From contig NZ_CP042911.1 of the NCBI RefSeq assembly GCF_008065095.1, positions 2,280,001 to 2,312,000 of the forward strand: a stretch of 32,000 nucleotides of DNA, in the 5' to 3' direction. Positions 17,846 through 24,567 of the stretch are shown here, in pieces. The stretch is from Gemmata obscuriglobus. Its GTDB lineage: Bacteria; Planctomycetota; Planctomycetia; Gemmatales; Gemmataceae. Numbering within the stretch: the first letter of the stretch is position 1; each line of letters starts with the position of its first letter. The notes under the pieces were generated by a model, which was not told where the DNA came from, searched no databases, and was given only the letters and a program-made list of their open reading frames with translations. Position numbers and translations under genes: made by a program.

Positions 17846-18547
17846 GTGATCTCAACGCGCGATTTGTCCGGCCTGCTGCCCGTCGATCTGCTGAAACGCA
17901 TCATGCAGAGCATGGCGATGCTCGACGCGATTCTTTCGCCGGAGTGGGAGTACCGTTACTACTCGTTCAACGTGAAGTGGGCGCCCGAAGAGCAAATGGG
18001 GTCGATGCGGAATGGAAGCGGCGACGACCTGTTCGCGCTTTTTAATGCGCACGGCTGCTTTATCAAAGGATTCGACCACGAGGCACTGATGTCTCCATAC
18101 GGTCGGCAGCCGAAGGCGGTGTGGCCAGGAGTGTTGGACGCTGTCCCGAAGGCGTTTGAACGCGGGTTGAGTGAGCCGGCGTTTGCGATGGAAGACACCA
18201 CGTTTTGCATTTGGCGCCAGTACGGCGACGAACAATGGCACCGCGGTGTGATTGAGTTTCCGCCGCCGAAACTCCGTTTCGATGGGGCGCCACTCGATCC
18301 CGACGGCTCTGGTGATTTGCTCTCACCCTACGATGGTAATCCAGTAACGTATCTCGCCTGGGCGATCTACCGCTTCGGCGGTTTGACGGGTGAAAACCTC
18401 ACACTCGAACACGTTCAGCACGTCTATGACCACAAACCATTGACCGCGGAACTGGTGCGGGAGATTAACCCCGAGTTGCCGCTGGGCGACCTCGACGGCG
18501 ACATCGAAGAAATCGGTTATCCGCGACGCGGTGCCAAGAAGGATTAG
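17846..18547 (+). CDS. Hypothetical protein (233 aa), no family recognised
   Basis: GTG 17846 is the first start that does not overlap the TA pair. The annotated ORF start at 17528 runs antisense through the TA genes. The gene reads divergently from the antitoxin. G+C is about 57% in three hand-counted 60-nt blocks, against about 67-73% in neighbouring genes. Distinctive segments are SPEWEYRYYSFNVKW, GSGDDLFALFNAHGCFIKGFDHE and TTFCIWRQYGD. Confidence 0.6.
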   Translation: MISTRDLSGLLPVDLLKRIMQSMAMLDAILSPEWEYRYYSFNVKWAPEEQMGSMRNGSGDDLFALFNAHGCFIKGFDHEALMSPYGRQPKAVWPGVLDAVPKAFERGLSEPAFAMEDTTFCIWRQYGDEQWHRGVIEFPPPKLRFDGAPLDPDGSGDLLSPYDGNPVTYLAWAIYRFGGLTGENLTLEHVQHVYDHKPLTAELVREINPELPLGDLDGDIEEIGYPRRGAKKD

Positions 18548-18626
18548 AAAACACTCTTGGTGGCTTCGCCGCGCCGGACGGTGACACCAACGCGACCCCT
18601 GCCCGCGCACCGCGACGAGCGAACCC

Positions 18627-19694
18627 ATGACCGCGCCTTCCGTACTCGTCCTCTACAACGAACCGGTGCTGCCGCCCGACCACCCGGACGCCAACTCCGA
18701 ACACGACATCTACGACACCGTCGGCGACGCCTACAAGGTGCTGGTCGCGGCCGGGTTCGTTACAACCAAGCTCGGCATCAACCACGATCCGCAACCGCTA
18801 CTCGATGCGCTCAAACGCGACCGCCCGGCCGCCGTGTTCAACCTCTTCGAGGGCATCGCGACCCAAACGAGCACCGAGGTTTCGGCGGCGGCGCTGCTCG
18901 AGTGGCTCAACGTGCCGTTCACGGGCTGCCCTGCGGCGGCGCTTGCGCTGGGGCGCGACAAGGTCCGCACCAAACACGTCCTCGCGGCCAGCGGGGTTCC
19001 CACGCCGGACTACCTCATCGTCGACACGCTGCCGGTTCCGACTTGGTGCCATGGCTGGCCCGCGATCGTGAAGCCCGCTTACCAGGACGCGAGCGTCGGC
19101 ATCGAGCAGAGCAGTGTGGTTACCTCGCAGGAACAGCTCCAAGCCCAAGTTGCACACACGCTCGCGACCTACGGTCCGCCCGCGATCGTCGAGCGCTACA
19201 TTAAGGGGCGCGAGCTTCACGTCAACGTAATCGAACCGTTCGGCGCGACCGGCGGCGAACCGGTGGCGCTCGCACCGACCGAGATCGCGTTCCAGAAGGA
19301 CGAGCCGGGGCGCTGGGCGGTCTACACCTTCGCCGCCAAATGGCACGAGCAGAGCGACGAGTACAAGGCCGCGTCGCTCAAGTTCCCGGTTGATCTGCCC
19401 GCGGCCGATTTCGCCCGGCTCGCGCAGATCGTGCAACGCTCGTTCCGTGTGGTCGGGTGCCGTGACTACGCGCGCGTCGATGTGCGCATGGACGCCGGCG
19501 GTGCGTTCCACGTCCTCGAAGTGAACCCGAACCCGTACCTGAACAGCATCACCCTCGTGGACGGCTTGAAGGCGCGCGGGAGTTCTTACGAGCGGTTCGT
19601 GGTGGAACTGACACTGGCCGCGCTGGCCCGCGGTGGGATTGCCCTGCCCGCGGGCGCGGTTACCGTTCCGGTGGGACTCATTTCCGGCTCGTGA
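18627..19694 (+). CDS. D-alanine--D-alanine ligase-like ATP-grasp ligase (paralog 2)
   Basis: Motifs are PAIVKPAYQDASVGI, PAIVERYIKGRELHVNVI and ARVDVRMDAGGAFHVLEVNPNPYL. The N-terminal domain is colinear with the 16245-17267 protein (AAVFNLFEG.. vs DLVFNFAEG..; LNVPFTG vs LGVPYTG). Confidence 0.85.
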   Translation: MTAPSVLVLYNEPVLPPDHPDANSEHDIYDTVGDAYKVLVAAGFVTTKLGINHDPQPLLDALKRDRPAAVFNLFEGIATQTSTEVSAAALLEWLNVPFTGCPAAALALGRDKVRTKHVLAASGVPTPDYLIVDTLPVPTWCHGWPAIVKPAYQDASVGIEQSSVVTSQEQLQAQVAHTLATYGPPAIVERYIKGRELHVNVIEPFGATGGEPVALAPTEIAFQKDEPGRWAVYTFAAKWHEQSDEYKAASLKFPVDLPAADFARLAQIVQRSFRVVGCRDYARVDVRMDAGGAFHVLEVNPNPYLNSITLVDGLKARGSSYERFVVELTLAALARGGIALPAGAVTVPVGLISGS

Positions 19695-19711
19695 TAGTGC
19701 TCTGGACGGTG

Positions 19712-21970
19712 TCAGTCTTGCGGTTTGATCCGCCACTTCAGTAGCGAGAACCGCTTCTTGGTGTCCGCCGTGCTGACCGCGATCCGCATCGCCTTTCGGC
19801 TGCCGACCAGGGCCACGAGCTTCCGGCCGCGGGTGATGCCGGTGTACAGCAGGTTCCGCTGGAGCATCACGAAGTGCTGCGTGTGGACCGGGATCACCAC
19901 CGCCGGGTACTCGCTCCCCTGTGACTTGTGAATGGTGCAGGCGAACGAGAGCTGCAACTCGTCCAGGTCGCTGAACTCGTACTCCACGAACCGCCCGTCG
20001 TAGTCCACCACCAGCATCTGTTCGTCGGTGTCGATGGCGTCGATGCGGCCGATGTCGCCGTTGAACACCTCGCGGTCGTAGTTGTTCTGAACCTGCATCA
20101 CCTTGTCGCCGATCCGGTACGTTTCGCCGTTCCGCTGCACCTCGGCCAGGCCGGGGCGGGCGGGGTTCAGTGCCTGTTGGAGTTCGCGGTTCATGTTCGC
20201 CACGCCGAGCGCGGTTTTGACCTGCGGCGACAGCACCTGAATGTCGCGGAACGGGTTCAGGTTGAACCGGGCGGGGATCCGCTCCTTCACCATCTGAACG
20301 ACGCGCTGGATCACGGTGTCGGCGTCGTTCGCTTCGACGAAATAGAAATCGCCGTCCCCGCCCGCCGGCGCGGACTGCGGTTCCTGTCCGCTGTTGATCG
20401 CGTGGGCCGCCCGGACGATCCAGCTACTTTCTGCCTGCCGGTGAACTTCCGTGAGCCGGGCCACCGGCACCACCTTCGAGTCGATGAGGTCCGTCAGAAC
20501 GGAGCCCGCGCCCACCGACGGGAGCTGATCGACGTCGCCGACCAGCACGACGCACGCATACGGCGGCACCGCTTGCAGAAGCCTGTTCATCAGCACGACA
20601 TCGACCATCGACGTCTCGTCGACGACGAGCAGGTCCACGTCGAGCGGGTTCTCCGCGTTGCGGGTGAACTGCCGCTGCTGCGGGTTGAACTCGAGCAGGC
20701 GGTGGATGGTCTTCGCTTCTCGCCCGGTGGACTCGTTCAACCGCTTCGCCGCGCGCCCGGTGGGGGCCGTCAGCAGCACCCGGAGGGACTTCGCCAGGAA
20801 CATCTCGATGATGGCCCGGACGATGGTGGTCTTGCCGGTCCCGGGGCCGCCGGTGACCACCATCATCTTGTTGGTGACCGCGGCTTTGATCGCGGCGCGC
20901 TGGCTGGTCGCGAACGCGATCCCCATTTTCTGTTCGATCCAGTTGACCGCGGCCTCGACGTTCACCGACGGCAAGGGGTGCGGGCCGGCCGCCAGCGCCC
21001 GGATCGACCGCGCGACCCCGACTTCTGCCAGGAACATCGGCTTGAGGAACAGGAGGTCCTCTTCGGAGATGCGGACCTTCGCCGGTTCACCGTCCGGTCC
21101 CTCTCCCGGGGACTGGGGTTGAGGTGGCGGGGCGTTGACCTTCCCCCCGGTCGCCTTGCCGACGCTGTCGCGCACGATCTCGTCGGTGATGCGCAACTGT
21201 TCGACGGCGTCGATGATCCCGTTTGGTTCGATCCCGGTGAGCTCGGCGGCCTTCTCCCGGAGCAACTCCTCTGGAAAGCCGACGTGCCCGTTCCCCGTTT
21301 CCTCCTGGAGCACGTGCCGAACCGCCGCCTGCGCCCGGAACGGCGAGTCGGGCGGGATGCCGAGGCTCACCGCCAGTTGATCGGCGGTCTTGAACCCGAA
21401 CCCCCAGATGTCCCCGCTCAGTCGGTACGGGTTGGCTTTGATCAGCTCGATCGCCTGGTCGCCGTAGGTCTTATAGATGCGTACCGCCCGCGCGGTGCCG
21501 ATCCCGTGCGACTGAAGGAACACCAGGATCTTCTGCGATTCCCGCTGCTCCTCCCAGCTCTTGCGGATCTTCTCGACGAGTTTCGGGCCGATGCCCTTCA
21601 CCTGCGTGAGCATGACGGGGGTGGCGTCGATCACCTCCAGCGTTCGATCGCCGAACACGTCCACGATGCGCCGCGCGTACCCGGGACCGATGCCCTTCAC
21701 CAGCCCCGACCCGAGGTACTTGACGATGCCCTCCTTGGTGTGCGGCGGGTTCGTCTTGACCTCCGCCGCTTTAAACTGCTTTCCGTAGTTGCGGTCGTTG
21801 ACCCACACGCCGGTCGCGGTGACGTACTCGCCTGCCACCACCTGCTGGGCGCTGCCGATTACGGTCACGATGTCGCGGTGGCCGCGCGCGAGCACACGCA
21901 GCACACAGTACCCGGTGTCCGGGTTGTGGTGTGTGATGCGTTCGATGACGCCGGTCACTTGCTCAGTCAT
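19712..21970 (-). CDS. recD2: RecD2-type SF1B ATP-dependent DNA helicase
   Basis: The N-terminal OB-like segment is GVIERITHHNPDTGYCVLRV. HhH repeats include VKGIGPGYA and VKGIGPKLVEKI. Walker A is VVTGGPGTGKTT. LLVVDETSMVD, LVGDVDQLPSVGAG and the C-terminal FACTIHKSQGSEYPAVVI also match. I prefer the start at ATG 21970 over the ORF start at 22045. Confidence 0.92.
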   Translation of the reverse strand: MTEQVTGVIERITHHNPDTGYCVLRVLARGHRDIVTVIGSAQQVVAGEYVTATGVWVNDRNYGKQFKAAEVKTNPPHTKEGIVKYLGSGLVKGIGPGYARRIVDVFGDRTLEVIDATPVMLTQVKGIGPKLVEKIRKSWEEQRESQKILVFLQSHGIGTARAVRIYKTYGDQAIELIKANPYRLSGDIWGFGFKTADQLAVSLGIPPDSPFRAQAAVRHVLQEETGNGHVGFPEELLREKAAELTGIEPNGIIDAVEQLRITDEIVRDSVGKATGGKVNAPPPQPQSPGEGPDGEPAKVRISEEDLLFLKPMFLAEVGVARSIRALAAGPHPLPSVNVEAAVNWIEQKMGIAFATSQRAAIKAAVTNKMMVVTGGPGTGKTTIVRAIIEMFLAKSLRVLLTAPTGRAAKRLNESTGREAKTIHRLLEFNPQQRQFTRNAENPLDVDLLVVDETSMVDVVLMNRLLQAVPPYACVVLVGDVDQLPSVGAGSVLTDLIDSKVVPVARLTEVHRQAESSWIVRAAHAINSGQEPQSAPAGGDGDFYFVEANDADTVIQRVVQMVKERIPARFNLNPFRDIQVLSPQVKTALGVANMNRELQQALNPARPGLAEVQRNGETYRIGDKVMQVQNNYDREVFNGDIGRIDAIDTDEQMLVVDYDGRFVEYEFSDLDELQLSFACTIHKSQGSEYPAVVIPVHTQHFVMLQRNLLYTGITRGRKLVALVGSRKAMRIAVSTADTKKRFSLLKWRIKPQD

Positions 21971-22171
21971 TCCGTACCAGTAATCGGCGGTCGGAATCGG
22001 GGAGAAGAGCACGCGTGCCGAGTGCCGGAAGGGCGCAACACCCATACCGGTCTTATGTTCCCCGATCCCGGCCTCCCGATTGCTGCCTCCTGCCCTTGGA
22101 CTCTCGACTCTTGAAACTACCCGATCCCATCAGAATGTCCAACTGAGTGGTCGCGCCGTACCACTGTTTCC

Positions 22172-23788
22172 ATGCGCACCCTTGCACTCTTGTCGGCCTA
22201 CGCCGGGGCTCTGGCTCTGGGCACGTACCAGACGTTTTACCCCACGTTCGACACGGGGTTCGCCAACGTTCAGACCGAGCGCGGCGACGGGATGCTGAAT
22301 CACCTGATCCTGGAGAATTCGTGGCTCGCGCTGTCGGACCCCGACTACCGGGGGACGCTCGCGACAGCCCCGTTCTTTTTCCCGGAACGGTACACCATCG
22401 CCTACTCCGAGAACCTGTTCGGCTCGGCCCCCGTTTACTGGGCGCTTCGGCTCGTGACCGGGCACGAACTGGCTTACGCATGGTGGCAGATCGTGTGTAC
22501 GGCCCTCAACTTCGTGGCGCTCGCGGTGGTGTGCCGCTGGCTGCGGATGCCGCACGCGCTCGCGCTCACCGGCGCGTTCGTGGGGGCGTTCGCGGTCGTC
22601 TACGCCGACCAGATCAAGCACGCGCAGATGATCCCGCGGTTCTATTCGCCGTTCGTCGTCTACTACGCGATCGTGCTGGTCACCGAGGCCGAGGGGAAGG
22701 CGAAGGCTCTCAACCGGATGCTGGGCGCCCTGTTCTTGCAGTGCCTCGCGTGCGTCTACACCGGGTGGTTCCTCGCGACCGGATTGGCGGTGTTTTTCCC
22801 GCTCCTGGTCGCTTTGCGGCCGGGTTCGGCGGGCGAGTTGCGGGCGTTTGCTGTCGCGAACAAGCGGCGGGTGGGCGGCATCTTGCTCCTCTGGGCGGGC
22901 GCGATGCTCGCGCTGTTCGTACCGTACATCCTGGTGAACTTCGGGGTCACGCGCACCTACGAGGAGTGCTACAACCTGTTCCCGACCCCGAGTGCTTGGT
23001 TCACCGGGCCGAAGGACGCGCGGTGGTCGGAAACGCTCGCACAGGTTCGCGACCCGGCGCCTTACGAGTGTCTGCTGTTCTCCGGGTTCGCGCTCTACGG
23101 CCTGATCCTGGCCGCGTGCGTACATCTGCCACTCATCGGCCGCGACCGGCGTGGGCCGCTGTGGCCGGCGGCCGCCGCGGCCCTGGTGACGGCCGCCCTT
23201 TGGGTGCTGTTCACGATGCCCGCGTCCCAGACCGGCGAATCGCTGTGGCGGGTCGTGCGGCTCATTCCCGGTGGGAACGCGATCCGGGTGGTTTCGCGGG
23301 TGTACGTCACCGTGTACCTGTTCGGCACAATGGGAATGCTCCTGTGGCTGTCGTCCGTGCTGGAGCGGCCCGGCCTCGGGTGGGTACGAATCGCGCTCGT
23401 CCCAGTGCTGGCCCTTCTGGTATGGGAGCAGACCGGGTACCACCAGGAGAGCTTCTCGCGCAAAGACTTCTACCCGTTCGTCGACCAGCACGCCGAAACC
23501 CTGCGGGGCGGGGACGCGGGCTACGTTGTGCCCCGGTTCGTGGACGGCGAAGGGTTGGTGAGCACCGGCGCCTACGGTGAGGTGTTCTCGATGTGGGTCG
23601 GGATGCGAGCTAACGTGCCGGTGGTGAACGGGTACAGCGGGCGGTGGCCGAACGACTTCCCACAACCGGAGGGCGGAGCCCTATCCGACAACGAACTGCA
23701 GGTGTGGCTCGCGGGCCGCTACAAGGGGAGGGTGCGGCGGGTCGATTCCGAGTTCCCGGGTGTTTCGTCCGAAGTTGTCATCGAGTGA
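22172..23788 (+). CDS. Polytopic membrane protein, GT-C/PMT_2-like (hypothetical glycosyltransferase)
   Basis: The protein is 538 aa with about 11 hydrophobic segments. The first loop is ERGDGMLNHLILENSWLAL ... APFFFPERYTIAYSENLFGSAPVYWALRL. A short C-terminal soluble domain is present. Confidence 0.55.
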   Translation: MRTLALLSAYAGALALGTYQTFYPTFDTGFANVQTERGDGMLNHLILENSWLALSDPDYRGTLATAPFFFPERYTIAYSENLFGSAPVYWALRLVTGHELAYAWWQIVCTALNFVALAVVCRWLRMPHALALTGAFVGAFAVVYADQIKHAQMIPRFYSPFVVYYAIVLVTEAEGKAKALNRMLGALFLQCLACVYTGWFLATGLAVFFPLLVALRPGSAGELRAFAVANKRRVGGILLLWAGAMLALFVPYILVNFGVTRTYEECYNLFPTPSAWFTGPKDARWSETLAQVRDPAPYECLLFSGFALYGLILAACVHLPLIGRDRRGPLWPAAAAALVTAALWVLFTMPASQTGESLWRVVRLIPGGNAIRVVSRVYVTVYLFGTMGMLLWLSSVLERPGLGWVRIALVPVLALLVWEQTGYHQESFSRKDFYPFVDQHAETLRGGDAGYVVPRFVDGEGLVSTGAYGEVFSMWVGMRANVPVVNGYSGRWPNDFPQPEGGALSDNELQVWLAGRYKGRVRRVDSEFPGVSSEVVIE

Positions 23789-23800
23789 GTGCACCACCGC

Positions 23801-24382
23801 TTACCAAAACTTCCACCACGGGCGCTTCGGCCCGTCGGGTTGCGCACGCGGTTCTGGTGCGTGCGCCCGGATCATGCCCATGAACACACCCTCGGGTGGC
23901 CGGGCCTGATCGAGGTCGCCCGGGAACCGGTCGACCCCGGTCGCCACCGCGACGCACCGGCCCATCTGAGCGTGCGTTCGCGCTTCGGCTAGCGACTGGC
24001 TGTAGAACACGTCTTCACCGCACGATCGACAGTGCCGCACGTTCGGATCGTCGGTGCCCTGAAGCTGTTCCCATTTCTTCGGGCATCTGAACTCGAACAC
24101 CTTGTCGCAGTTTTCGATCGGCGGGCGGTCGAAAATCGCGACCCAGTCCGGGTCGAGGGTCGGGCGGAGCGTTTCGAGCCGGGTGGCGATCCGGTGCCGC
24201 TCGACTTGGCTCGTGCCCCGAGCCACGAACCGCACTTCGAGCCGGAGGAACTCGGACCGATCGCGCTCCTCGTACTCGTCCAGCCAGTCGGCGTAGGCGA
24301 GCCACGCGGTCAGCTCGGCCGGTTCCGCAAGGATCGCGCGGAGGAACTGCTTGTCTTCGTCCGACAGAGGGGGACGTGGCAT
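23801..24382 (-). CDS. TIGR02996-type (Gemmata 'repeat-companion') N-terminal domain protein with a C-terminal Cys-rich zinc-ribbon-like region
   Basis: From ATG 24382 the protein starts MPRPPLSDEDKQFLRAILAEPAELTAWLAYADWLDEYEERDRSEFLRLEV. The C-terminus is CDKVFEFRCPKKWEQL ... VRHCRSCGEDVFY. The ORF start at 24487 lies inside the palindrome and is unlikely. Confidence 0.7.
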   Translation of the reverse strand: MPRPPLSDEDKQFLRAILAEPAELTAWLAYADWLDEYEERDRSEFLRLEVRFVARGTSQVERHRIATRLETLRPTLDPDWVAIFDRPPIENCDKVFEFRCPKKWEQLQGTDDPNVRHCRSCGEDVFYSQSLAEARTHAQMGRCVAVATGVDRFPGDLDQARPPEGVFMGMIRAHAPEPRAQPDGPKRPWWKFW

Positions 24383-24445
24383 GTCGGCACCGGGAACGAG
24401 GTGAGGGCCGGTTCCATGATAACAGAGTTGCGACGGCCCGAAACG

Positions 24446-24481
24446 CAAGCGACCGTAACCCACGTGGGTTACGGTCGCTTG
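24446..24481. repeat. Perfect 36-bp palindrome centred on CACGTG (terminator and/or operator)
   Basis: The sequence is caagcgaccgtaacccac|gtgggttacggtcgcttg. A second cacgtg lies at 24485-24490. The palindrome sits 86 nt downstream of the stop of the 24568-27384 gene and 64 nt upstream of the start of the 23801-24382 gene, both on the minus strand. Confidence 0.85.
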
Positions 24482-24567
24482 TTTCACGTGTGCCGTGCGG
24501 AACGACCCACTTCCGTTGCCGGTCTCACAACAACTCGGCGACAGAAAACACTCCGAACGGTTCCGGA

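Noticed and set aside
19928-22114. 728-aa ORF antisense to recD2
   Set aside because: The same reasoning applies. RecD2 helicase motifs are on the minus strand, and the plus-strand product is a low-complexity His/Arg/Asp/Gly sequence.
22046-22171. Sigma70-like promoter (ttgaaa ... cagaat) in the recD2 / membrane-gene divergent spacer
   Set aside because: The spacing between the hexamers is about 14 nt and the -10 is weak, so it is not good enough to annotate.
22130-23665. 511-aa minus-strand ORF and 477-aa alternative plus-frame ORF (22147-23580) over the 22172-23788 membrane gene
   Set aside because: Only the 22172 frame yields regular hydrophobic helices. The others are Arg/Pro/Gly-rich.
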